The notes under the pieces were generated by a model that was given only the letters and a program-made list of their open reading frames with translations, had not been told where the DNA came from and made no database searches. Below are positions 9,101 to 16,633 of a DNA stretch of 44,764 nt, piece by piece. Both the position numbers and the translations under genes were made by a program. The first letter of the stretch is position 1. The number at the start of each line of letters is the position of its first letter. Source of the stretch: a virus; IMG/VR virus record IMGVR_UViG_3300045988_107297. The stretch is one strand, 5' to 3'.

Positions 9101-12100
9101 CCAACCTTCCCGTATTCGACGACTACGACGAGGCGCTGGCATACCGCGACAGTCTGCTCACCACCCCCGCCGAAAGCGGCAGCATTCCAGAACTCATGCC
9201 CACCGCAAACCAGAGTGTGCAAGAGCCTATCCCCACATTGGCTGACCACCCCAACACGGTAGGCGCGGCGCAACGGCAATTTGACCGGCCCGAAGTTGCC
9301 AGCCAGAGCCACATGACCCGCGACACAGACAATGATTACCTGCAACCTCTTGTGCAGAGAGATCAAGGCGGTGAGCAACAGTTTACCCACGAGCGCGTAA
9401 GCAACGCAGACCGAATGAAGATTGCGGCCAACAGCATGGAGACCGAAAGCCGCGACGAGATCGTGTCCCGCTTGACCAGCAAAGAGCAGTGGGACGCAGA
9501 TGACACCGCGCTGGCCGGAAGCGTACTACGCGAGTGGGATTCGGCTTTGGGCGATATGGACAAGAGCGGCGAGGCGTACAAGCAGGCCCTTGCCCAGAAG
9601 ATGAAGTTTACCCAGCGGATTAGTGAATCCAACACCATGAATGCGCAAGCACTGCAAATGACGCAGGAGTTTACCACTCCTGAAACCGCCGTGATGCAGT
9701 CGCAGAAGAGCATTAAGACTGCCGTTGACCGTGTAGCAAATGGCAAAAACAAGCGAAAGTTCGACCAATACAAGGGCGATGTGGAGACGGCCGTTGCAAA
9801 CGCAGAGGATACGGCCACGCAAAAAGCCAATGACGCGGTGCAGAAAGCCATTGAAGCTGTGCAGCAGCAGGCCACAGACACGGATGCACAGCCCAGCAAT
9901 GCGACAAAACGCGGCAAGCGGACAGAAAAAACGCAGGATGAGGCGAACCAGCCCTCTGCCGAAGATGTACTGAGCCGCAAGCTGGCGGCTGCCGTAAAGC
10001 GGCACGTAACGGACGGGAAAGAATCCAGTGTTGAGGACGTTGTACAAAGCGAAATGCTTTCCCAGCTGACCAAGATGGCGACAAGCGACACCGAAAAAGG
10101 TGCACGGCCCCAAAAGCCGAAGCTGACGGTTGAGGAAAAGCTGCAAACCGCGTTGGACAATCAAGAGACATACTCGCGGGTATGGGAAGCGGCAAAGGAA
10201 GCGCTTGCCGAAAGGTACAAAGACAACGCTGATATGAGCAGCCGCCTGCAAGCATTCTTCGATGACGCCGGAGAATCCGGTTTGTACGGAAAAGACACGA
10301 TAAAGCAACTTGTGTCCAAGTACACCAAAGACCAGGGGATTGACTTCAAGGCCCTAGTCAAAAAAAGTCGCGGAGACAAACAGGCTACCCTCCGGGAAAT
10401 TCAGGATCGCATTCAAGACACCTTCGACATGGACGACACGCAAGCCCAACGTATCGCCGAAATGGCCATGAACGAGTATTCCAAAGCATTGTCGGAAGCG
10501 GCGGACGCAAACCTGAAAGCCATCCGGGGCGGGAAAGGCAAAACGAGCAAGTCCACGCACGACCAATTTTTGGAGCTGTTGCGCATGGGCGTTTACGATG
10601 AAGGCGACGTGCAGGCGTATGCTGCATCCAAATTCGGTGTGCAGCCGTTGACCGCCGAACAGTGCCAGCAAATTCTCGACCTTGCAGAGCGGGCGGAACA
10701 GCTCCCCGTGAACAGCCGTGACCGGGTGTTGATGGAAAGTGAGGTAGCAACGATTGCGGCCCAAAATCTGAGCGGCTCTTTCCGCGATGCATGGGACACA
10801 TGGCGCTACACATCCATGTTGCTTAGTGCCCGTACCAACGAAAAAAACATCGGCGGCAACGTGTCGATGGGCCTGAATGCCCGCGCAAAGGACGTTGTTC
10901 TTGCAGCCATGGAGTGGATGATTAACAAAGTTGCCCCTGGAAAGGTTGAACGCACAACGGCGATTGTAACCCCGTTCACCGAGAACGGTCGCGCACTGCT
11001 TGCAGCTTCCGCCAACGATGCCGACTTGAACAGTTATCGTCAGCTTTCCGGCACAAGCGAGCGCATGAATCTGGCGCGGGACATGCAGCGGCACCGCGAA
11101 GCCTTCCGGAGCCTTGCATCCCCTGATAGTAACAACATTGTAACCAAGTTCCTGTCCGCTTTGGACAGCCTAGCTGCAAGGGCAAGCGCGCCACTGGAAG
11201 TCTCCGACTATGAGGGCACTTTTGGTGTATTGGAAGGTCTGCGCGGCATTAACAAAGCCATGGATGCCGCGATTGACTGGATTCAGGATTCTGCTGCGAG
11301 TGGCACAAACAAGGGCGTTCTCGGCGTTGCTGGCCTGAAAAACAACTATGCGTGGTCGTTGGCGCAATACCTCAAAGCAAACGGCGCAGACGCAAGCATT
11401 TTCGACGCGACGGACGCGCAAAGCCTGGCTCTGCTTGACAAGGCCAGAGCACACGCCATCCAACAGGCGTTGATTAACACCTACCATGCGGAGTCCAAAA
11501 CGGCCTCTGCCGTGGCCAAATTCAAGGCCGACTTGCGAGGTTCCGACAACTTTGCATCCCGTGTGCTGGGCGACATCGTGGAAGGCCAGCTGCCCTTTGT
11601 GAAAACGCCCATCAATGTGGCAAAGCAGAGCTTGCAGTATAGCCCGCTGGGCTTCGTGTCTACTGCCGCCGAGGGCGTAAAGGTTGCGCGTGGAACTGGC
11701 GATGTAAACCTTATGCTCGACCATGCGGCGGCTTCTGTCACCGGCAGCGTGTTGTTTGCTCTGGGCGGAATTTTGGCCGAGAAGGGCTTGCTCACCGCTG
11801 GAATTGGGGACGACGAAAAGGACAAGGCAAATCTGGAAGGCCGCCAAGAATACAGCCTCCAGCTGGTGGACGACGACGGGAAGCTGCACAGCTACACCAT
11901 CGACTGGGCCAACGCTGCCGCTATTCCGATGTTTGCCGGAGCAGAGTATGCAAAGCTGGCTGCAAGTGATGGGGCCTCTCTGAATAGCGTTGCGTCCGCG
12001 TCTCAACAAGTGCTTGAGCCTCTGCTGGAAATGTCCTTCTTGCAGGGCTTGAATAACAACCTTGAATCTCTGCGCTACTCCGAGGATCCTTACATTTACG

Positions 12101-12909
12101 GCATGGCGAAACAATCCCTGAGCAGCTATGCAACACAGGGTATTCCAACGCTTGCCGGGCAAGTCGCCAGAAGCATTGACCCCGTGCGGCGCAGTACATA
12201 CAGCGGCACGACCGGCATTGAATCCGACATCGGCTACACGGCAAACAAAATCCGCAACAGAATCCCGTTCCTGTCCGAGACTGGGCAGCCGTACATTGAT
12301 GCATTCGGCGACACCCAGTCGAATACCGGCGGAAGTTTTGCCGGGCGGCTGGCATACAATATGTTCTCCCCCGGCTACTATTCCGAGACGACGGACGACC
12401 CCGTGAAGCAGGGTGTGCTGGATTTGGCCAACAGCTCTGGAGACAACAGCGTAATTCCGGAAGTCGCAGAAAAGAAAGTGTCTTGGACAGTTGACAAGGG
12501 AAAGCACACCTACCAGCTTTCTCCGCAAGAATACACCGACTTTGCAACACAGCAAGGCCAACTGCGCAAGGACATGGCAGAAGCCGTGTTGGATTCCCGC
12601 TACACCGAAGAGCAGCAAGTGGAGCTTATCCCGGAGCTGTACGGCACCGCAGGCAAGATTGCGGCTCTGGACATTGTGCCCGACTTCTCCGTTGGCACCG
12701 AAGAGCGGAAGCGCATTGATATCTACAATCAGTATGGCATTGATGGGCTGATGAACTGGATTGCCTACCGGAAGTATGCGAACACGGACGGCAAGACGGG
12801 CATTAACCAGAGCGAGGCCCGTGCATGGCTGAATGACAGCGACATGAGCGATGCCATGAAGGATGCATTCTGGGCGGCGAGTTCGTCCAACTGGAAATCT
12901 TCTCGATGA
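6133..12909 (+). CDS. giant 2258-aa multi-domain protein (candidate virion-packaged ejection / polyvalent protein)
   Basis: One uninterrupted ORF with RBS AAGGAGG. It has an Ala/Lys/Glu/Gln-rich N-terminus, a hydrophobic stretch (nt about 7424-7560), a GNAT-like looking module (nt about 8620-9020) and a long C-terminal globular region. Confidence 0.8.
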   Translation: MPYSDQEAFLNAYLKNYAKAQQNAVNSGKTGLSSARYTGQQAMNAAPTTLPDYGDIAGSFTTAYTKQLAAVEAQREKEAKAAQAAAEKEARAAASAAKKASSSTTKSKKLKKEELKALDAELEELAKTRVALQERKETQDANTRERIKENVGDTAGISSLTAASRTFAPERKGSATKKSLSQRIVAGVKGLAKVPSAVKDGVVQGTALHNRMKAARGGVSAEDSVDLGGVQTPQATAAKQKSRTKARASVAKQNFTTQELDARLTATNQRMRELQKQGKTKTREYRQLQNQHDTYATALGVDSFAGRAGATGLGAVSGFAAGLANMGDATARAIRGQSASMDIPEYEAASDDLQEANEQRDALIQMGRAYTDTPNGPVATPEFQQVLDRIASAKGVRAENQVTPERNQVVSNMLDFAQNQNQKAQAGLDNTGRFLVGTIGSVAQNLPAFAAAAAVPEAAPVLIPALMGVSAAGNRENELEQRGVPLNQAVLRSGLSGAVSAITNKLPLEQGAELMAGNGPGFVRAMARQALSEGGQEASEYAADYGLDVLAGDPDANFSLAELGQQALGGALGGAISAAGSSLIGSGMNRAREALGANGNAPMDTDVQQAEPVSPAPENSVSPEPESVSPSAETATQQPLEATQEGIPELGVVAPDAAPKTAIDVIVDAYRNGTLTNKQIDQLKPGGELRQAFEEATGVTLPDTSSETRKALKAGMQEEIPYLRPVDSAENAGYDGTNEAYTGGASYDGTGRTSGSIAQPDGEGREGIPELLRNPENRGWQGSGANNVAERNSVGGNQVLHGLLTDSPEMQAALERSGATPLELRDTTSDPQLFSSALEEARQKNPHGLMVSPKTVEELNQPGTRTFMSADNMAGALVTADGDIEAVFKNPQSKAKQAATSLLITAVENGGRKLDCYGLDLVTQYNRRGFEAVARIPFNAGAVEDGWTYGAKDVYVMKLLDGVTAQDIAGRLRMDEADGGFHMQTDAELANLPVFDDYDEALAYRDSLLTTPAESGSIPELMPTANQSVQEPIPTLADHPNTVGAAQRQFDRPEVASQSHMTRDTDNDYLQPLVQRDQGGEQQFTHERVSNADRMKIAANSMETESRDEIVSRLTSKEQWDADDTALAGSVLREWDSALGDMDKSGEAYKQALAQKMKFTQRISESNTMNAQALQMTQEFTTPETAVMQSQKSIKTAVDRVANGKNKRKFDQYKGDVETAVANAEDTATQKANDAVQKAIEAVQQQATDTDAQPSNATKRGKRTEKTQDEANQPSAEDVLSRKLAAAVKRHVTDGKESSVEDVVQSEMLSQLTKMATSDTEKGARPQKPKLTVEEKLQTALDNQETYSRVWEAAKEALAERYKDNADMSSRLQAFFDDAGESGLYGKDTIKQLVSKYTKDQGIDFKALVKKSRGDKQATLREIQDRIQDTFDMDDTQAQRIAEMAMNEYSKALSEAADANLKAIRGGKGKTSKSTHDQFLELLRMGVYDEGDVQAYAASKFGVQPLTAEQCQQILDLAERAEQLPVNSRDRVLMESEVATIAAQNLSGSFRDAWDTWRYTSMLLSARTNEKNIGGNVSMGLNARAKDVVLAAMEWMINKVAPGKVERTTAIVTPFTENGRALLAASANDADLNSYRQLSGTSERMNLARDMQRHREAFRSLASPDSNNIVTKFLSALDSLAARASAPLEVSDYEGTFGVLEGLRGINKAMDAAIDWIQDSAASGTNKGVLGVAGLKNNYAWSLAQYLKANGADASIFDATDAQSLALLDKARAHAIQQALINTYHAESKTASAVAKFKADLRGSDNFASRVLGDIVEGQLPFVKTPINVAKQSLQYSPLGFVSTAAEGVKVARGTGDVNLMLDHAAASVTGSVLFALGGILAEKGLLTAGIGDDEKDKANLEGRQEYSLQLVDDDGKLHSYTIDWANAAAIPMFAGAEYAKLAASDGASLNSVASASQQVLEPLLEMSFLQGLNNNLESLRYSEDPYIYGMAKQSLSSYATQGIPTLAGQVARSIDPVRRSTYSGTTGIESDIGYTANKIRNRIPFLSETGQPYIDAFGDTQSNTGGSFAGRLAYNMFSPGYYSETTDDPVKQGVLDLANSSGDNSVIPEVAEKKVSWTVDKGKHTYQLSPQEYTDFATQQGQLRKDMAEAVLDSRYTEEQQVELIPELYGTAGKIAALDIVPDFSVGTEERKRIDIYNQYGIDGLMNWIAYRKYANTDGKTGINQSEARAWLNDSDMSDAMKDAFWAASSSNWKSSR

Positions 12910-12923
12910 GAAAGGAGCAGCAC

Positions 12924-13049
12924 ATGGACATTGGTAACAACATTCAGTTTGAGCGTATCCGCCGGATCACCGGCTATCTGGTGGGCACAATGGACAAGTG
13001 GAACGACGCTAAGAAGGCAGAAGAACGAGACCGTGTAAAGCACTTATAA
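12924..13049 (+). CDS. stand-alone NrdD-type glycyl-radical domain mini-protein (41 aa)
   Basis: RBS AAAGGAG lies 7 nt upstream of the ATG. The translation is MDIGNNIQFERIRRITGYLVGTMDKWNDAKKAEERDRVKHL. It matches the recalled C-terminus of class III RNR NrdD (RRVCGYLG..FNAGKQEEVKRRVKHL). Confidence 0.65.
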   Translation: MDIGNNIQFERIRRITGYLVGTMDKWNDAKKAEERDRVKHL

Positions 13050-13101
13050 TGCAACAATAGAGTAACAGTTCAACGTAATTGCGCTGAAAAATCGTCAAAA
13101 A

Positions 13102-13152
13102 CCCTGACTTTTAATCAGGGTGTCCGGGGTTCGAATCCCCGATGGCTCACCA
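13102..13152 (+). other. attP core candidate: 3' 51 nt of a tRNA-Lys(UUU) gene
   Basis: CCTGA-CTTTTAA-TCAGG anticodon arm, GTGTC, CGGGG-TTCGAAT-CCCCG T-arm, ATGGCTC-A-CCA. No matching 5' acceptor or D-arm lies upstream. The site is next to the integrase gene. Confidence 0.7.
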
Positions 13153-13156
13153 AAAA

Positions 13157-13196
13157 AGCACCGTGTAACGTTTGTTTACACGGTGCTTTTGTTGTT
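13157..13196. terminator. bidirectional rho-independent terminator
   Basis: Perfect 12-bp stem AGCACCGTGTAA (13157-13168) / TTACACGGTGCT (13176-13187). An A-run lies upstream and a T-rich run downstream. Confidence 0.8.
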
Positions 13197-13264
13197 TCTA
13201 TGAATACAGTTGTGTTCCAATTTCACGCAATTTGGCTCATAATGTAACGGATAGTGTAACAAAT

Positions 13265-14419
13265 TTAAGGGGTTTCGACGATATGTTTGACTTCATCCGC
13301 CAGCTTCGCGAATTCTTCCATCGCGGCAGAAATGTGAGAATCCTGTGAAATGTAATAATCGTCCGTAACGGAACTGCCGATCTGGTGGCCGATGGCAAGT
13401 TGCAATGCCTCTTTATCCACCTTCGCTTTGGTCGCAATGCTTGCGTATGTGTGGCGGCAAGAGTAAGGCACATAACGATGCGGGTTTTGTACACCAATTT
13501 CTTCCAGCCCGGAGTAAAATTCCCGCACCCGGAAGTTTCGGGTGTTCCACGCGCTTCCGGTCGGGCTGCGAAAGATTTTCTGCCCGGGCTTTGCGGCGTT
13601 GTAGAAGCGCATAAAAACGTCCCACGTGATGGGGTCGAGAACGATGTACCGGTTCTTCCCGGCGGCGGTTTTGGAGCCTTCCAACCAGATGCCGTGGCGC
13701 TCAAAGTCAATGCAATCGTTGCGAGCAATCTTTGCAAGGTCAGCCATGCGGCAGCCGCTCAAACAAAGAAACCAAATGATTCCCGGAACCCGCTCATGCC
13801 GGTGCTTGTAAAGCAAACGCAAATCTTCGTCATCAAACGGCACCCGCTGGCCCTTCACCTCGGCGGTTAGCTTCAACCCCTCGGAGTAGTCCGTCTGGTG
13901 GATTCCGTGCTGCACACACCACATACAGAGCTTGTGCATAAGAGAGCGCAACTTGTGCTGGTGGGACTTTGATTTGCCTTCATCCTCGGCCCGGAACAAG
14001 ACAGCCTCCAGCGTTTCTTTCCGCACGTTGATTGCCTTTATCTTGTGCAGCTCCTTCATGTAACGCCATGCGTACTCCACGTCTTTCAAGTATTTTTCCG
14101 AGTTTTGCCGGAAAGCGCGGTCTGAGATCACCGCGTCATACACCTGTTGCATGGTGTAGTTGCGATACTCAAGATCAGGCTCTTGCTCCGAGGCCGCGAG
14201 AATGGCCCTCTCCGCGTCTTGTTTGGTTTTGTAGCAACCGATATAGGCTCCCCTGTAAACGGCCTTGTAGGGCGAACTGCGCCCTTGCAGACGCGCAATG
14301 GAGCCGTTCCCCTTTGCCCTTCTTGCCTTTGGCCGTGTGGTTGCCGTCTGCCGTTTGCCACACCACGGGCAAAACAGCGCCCCTTCTGGGATGTCTCTTG
14401 CACATCTCACACACGTCAT
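13265..14419 (-). CDS. int: tyrosine recombinase / integrase with N-terminal zinc ribbon
   Basis: C-terminal HRCRHTYAS...LAIGHQIGSSVTDDYY is the R..HxxR..Y catalytic signature. The N-terminus carries CVRCARDIPEGALFCPWCG. GAGGTG lies 6 nt upstream of ATG 14419. Confidence 0.9.
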   Translation of the reverse strand: MTCVRCARDIPEGALFCPWCGKRQTATTRPKARRAKGNGSIARLQGRSSPYKAVYRGAYIGCYKTKQDAERAILAASEQEPDLEYRNYTMQQVYDAVISDRAFRQNSEKYLKDVEYAWRYMKELHKIKAINVRKETLEAVLFRAEDEGKSKSHQHKLRSLMHKLCMWCVQHGIHQTDYSEGLKLTAEVKGQRVPFDDEDLRLLYKHRHERVPGIIWFLCLSGCRMADLAKIARNDCIDFERHGIWLEGSKTAAGKNRYIVLDPITWDVFMRFYNAAKPGQKIFRSPTGSAWNTRNFRVREFYSGLEEIGVQNPHRYVPYSCRHTYASIATKAKVDKEALQLAIGHQIGSSVTDDYYISQDSHISAAMEEFAKLADEVKHIVETP

Positions 14420-14429
14420 GGCTTGCACC

Positions 14430-15008
14430 TCATTTCATGGTGTACTCGTTCTTTTTCATCTGGGCGGCTTGCCTGCCTGCATCGTGGGCGCTGTGCAGGT
14501 TTTGCAGGTTCGGTTTTGCTTTCTCCGGCTCCACCAAGTCGCCGGTGATGGATTCCAGCTCGTAGTTGTCAATTATCAGCCTGCACACGGCTGTCCGGCT
14601 TGCCATGCTGCAATGGGCGTTTGCTACGTACTCGTCCAGCATGGACGGCCATTCACTGCCGTGCGCGCCGAAGATCAGGAATGCCAGCTTGTCCACCTCG
14701 CCCGGCGGGCAATCAGCCAGGTATTTAAACAGCCCGTTCCGCCTCTGCTCCACATCCGCGTGGCTGCCGTCAAAGTCGGTGTACAACTCCGGGTGGGCCA
14801 GGCGGAGAACATCCGGGAACCAATTCAAACTCAACGCTCTGTACCAGTTTATAAACTCTTCCAGTGTGGGCGGCTTCTCCCCGTGCTCCCATCTCTGCAC
14901 CGTGCGCGGGCTGACGTGCAGCAGCGCGGCAAGCGTCTCTTGTGCAACGCCCGACCGTTCCCTTGCCTGTGCCATGAGTGCCGCAATCCTCTTTGCATCA
15001 TACAACAT
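14430..15008 (-). CDS. XRE-family HTH protein with unknown C-terminal domain
   Basis: N-terminal HTH: SGVAQETLAALLHVSPRTVQRWEHGEKPPT. RBS GGAGGA. Its stop abuts the int start, so the two form an operon. Confidence 0.7.
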   Translation of the reverse strand: MLYDAKRIAALMAQARERSGVAQETLAALLHVSPRTVQRWEHGEKPPTLEEFINWYRALSLNWFPDVLRLAHPELYTDFDGSHADVEQRRNGLFKYLADCPPGEVDKLAFLIFGAHGSEWPSMLDEYVANAHCSMASRTAVCRLIIDNYELESITGDLVEPEKAKPNLQNLHSAHDAGRQAAQMKKNEYTMK

Positions 15009-15040
15009 ATGTCATCCTCCTTTGTGCAAAAACACCAAAA

Positions 15041-15083
15041 GAGCGTTTCTCAGCTGTCGAATGCCGGGAAACGCTCTTTTTTT
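15041..15083. terminator. bidirectional rho-independent terminator
   Basis: GAGCGTTTC (15041-15049) pairs with GAAACGCTC (15068-15076). An A-run and a T-run flank the hairpin. Confidence 0.7.
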
Positions 15084-15152
15084 ACGCAATTTTAGACGTG
15101 GTAAAAGCCACGAGTTTATGCTATTGTGTGGACAACAAGTACAGCGGCAGTT

Positions 15153-15722
15153 TTACTCCACCGGCTCAAAGGTAAACGTCACGGCAAATTCAGCTGTGTT
15201 CCCGGCATACCGTCCGTAATCCTCCGTGACGATTATGTCTTGAGTGACAGTAAACGAACTCCACAAATCATCCTTGTGAATGACGATATACGAACTATCT
15301 TCACCTGTGTCTGGGTAAACATCCTCTTCCACACACTGTGCGTACAGATCCACATGGTCGCCCACATCGCAGGTAACATCCACTCCGCCGTTGGTCACAG
15401 TCTTTCCGTTGACCGTGGCGTAGAAATCCCAATCACTGCCCACGGAATCGTTATACGTTTCATCAAACGAAACTGTGACATTGTATGTACATGGGCCTGT
15501 TCGGGCCTTCGTGGATGCTGGGCTGTATGCGGTTGAGGAACCGTCGTCCAAACTTGATAAAGCCCAGATGACGTAAACCGCTGCTATGGCAGCAACCCCG
15601 AACGACCATTTCTGTATGCGTGTCATACCTTTGACGGGCGGGTTTTCGTGCTTTTGGTCTGCACGATCCCCGAAACCAACGATGAGAGCGAAAATGACAA
15701 CCACCAACGCTAAAGCAATCAT
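15153..15722 (-). CDS. membrane protein of the lysogeny module (possible superinfection exclusion)
   Basis: Two TM segments followed by a beta-rich acidic domain. AGGTGA lies 5 nt upstream of ATG 15722. The gene sits between the repressor and int. Confidence 0.6.
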   Translation of the reverse strand: MIALALVVVIFALIVGFGDRADQKHENPPVKGMTRIQKWSFGVAAIAAVYVIWALSSLDDGSSTAYSPASTKARTGPCTYNVTVSFDETYNDSVGSDWDFYATVNGKTVTNGGVDVTCDVGDHVDLYAQCVEEDVYPDTGEDSSYIVIHKDDLWSSFTVTQDIIVTEDYGRYAGNTAEFAVTFTFEPVE

Positions 15723-15757
15723 TGTAATCACCTATTATGTAAGGAAGTGAGGTAATC

Positions 15758-15871
15758 ATGAACGAACCGCGAAAAGAAATTGAAGAACTCATGCGAAAGC
15801 TGACGAGAGAACAACTCAAAGAGTTTATTGCTTACCTGCAAGTCCTCGAAGCATCAGCAGGGCAGCATTGA
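15758..15871 (+). CDS. possible 37-aa ORF convergent with and overlapping the repressor 3' end
   Basis: Strong SD AAGGAAGTGAGG before ATG 15758. Translation: MNEPRKEIEELMRKLTREQLKEFIAYLQVLEASAGQH. It is below the ORF-track cutoff and may be fortuitous. Confidence 0.25.
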   Translation: MNEPRKEIEELMRKLTREQLKEFIAYLQVLEASAGQH

Positions 15872-16196
15872 GTTTATCTGCATCCAAGCGATCAAGAATT
15901 TCCCTGGCTTCTTCCAGCTCTTCCTTGGACAGCCCTTCGCATTCCTTTAATAGTACACCCAGCCCAACGCCATCTAAGGCGTTGGGCTTTTCTTTTTTCT
16001 CGCTTTCGCCGGTGAGTTCTTCAACCGTAACACCTAGTGCATTGGCTACTGGCAAAAGCAGTTCATCTGGAAAGTCTCTGTCGGTAGTCAGCATTTGAGA
16101 GATGTAACCTCTGCTTTTTCCGATCTCTCTGCACACAAAAGATATATTGATACCTTTGTCAGCAGCGATTTTTTTAGCTCGCTCCACATTGCGCAT
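15825..16196 (-). CDS. CI-like XRE-family repressor
   Basis: HTH: INISFVCREIGKSRGYISQML. It is divergent from the cro-like gene across an operator-containing region. Confidence 0.8.
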   Translation of the reverse strand: MRNVERAKKIAADKGINISFVCREIGKSRGYISQMLTTDRDFPDELLLPVANALGVTVEELTGESEKKEKPNALDGVGLGVLLKECEGLSKEELEEAREILDRLDADKLNAALLMLRGLAGKQ

Positions 16197-16256
16197 AGAA
16201 AAAGACCTTTCTTTTTGTGCAAATAGCCAAATGTTTACGCGATTGAAAATTGACTA

Positions 16257-16285
16257 TTGAAAAATAGCCACTTGGCTACTATAAT
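16257..16285 (+). promoter_or_regulatory. early rightward promoter (TTGAAA-17 nt-TATAAT)
   Basis: -35 TTGAAA at 16257-16262, -10 TATAAT at 16280-16285, with an exact 17-nt spacer. Confidence 0.65.
16265..16278. promoter_or_regulatory. operator palindrome TAGCCACTTGGCTA
   Basis: A perfect 14-bp palindrome lies inside the promoter spacer. An extra half-site AATAGCCA lies at 16222-16229. Confidence 0.6.
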
Positions 16286-16425
16286 ATAAAGCACAGGGCA
16301 AACAAAACCAAAAGCCCCTGACAATATTATATCGGGCATACGCTAGATTCTATTCACTTTGTACTTCACATCTGCATAGTAGCATATTTTCTAGCGATTT
16401 TCAAGCCCAGAGAGGAGAATTGCTA

Positions 16426-16629
16426 GTGAATGTTTCAAAAATCGACCAGTTTTGCAAATTGCATGGTCTGAGCCGCACGGAACTTGAAGTTGCGGCAGGG
16501 CTGAGCAACGGCTCAATCGGGAAGTGGGAACGCAGCGTATACGGTCCCAGCATCTCGCAGCTGATTAAGGTTGCGAACTACTTCCGCGTATCGGTGGATG
16601 CGCTGCTCGTAAATGGTAAGGAGGTATGA
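16426..16629 (+). CDS. Cro-like XRE HTH protein
   Basis: HTH: LSRTELEVAAGLSNGSIGKWER. AGAGAGGAG lies about 9 nt upstream of GTG 16426. The ORF track starts at TTG 16420. Confidence 0.75.
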   Translation: MNVSKIDQFCKLHGLSRTELEVAAGLSNGSIGKWERSVYGPSISQLIKVANYFRVSVDALLVNGKEV

Positions 16630-16633
16630 GCGT

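Noticed and set aside
6076-12618. Many antisense or out-of-frame ORFs (up to 482 aa) inside the giant gene
   Set aside because: They all lie inside the single uninterrupted 2258-aa frame, lack RBSs, and have Arg/Cys/His-rich nonsense-like composition typical of the wrong frames of GC-rich coding DNA.
13081-13152. A complete tRNA-Lys gene
   Set aside because: Only the anticodon arm, variable loop, T-arm and 3' acceptor are present. The upstream sequence (gcgctgaaaaatcgtcaaaaa) cannot form the 5' acceptor strand GAGCCAT or a D-arm. It is interpreted as the attP core.
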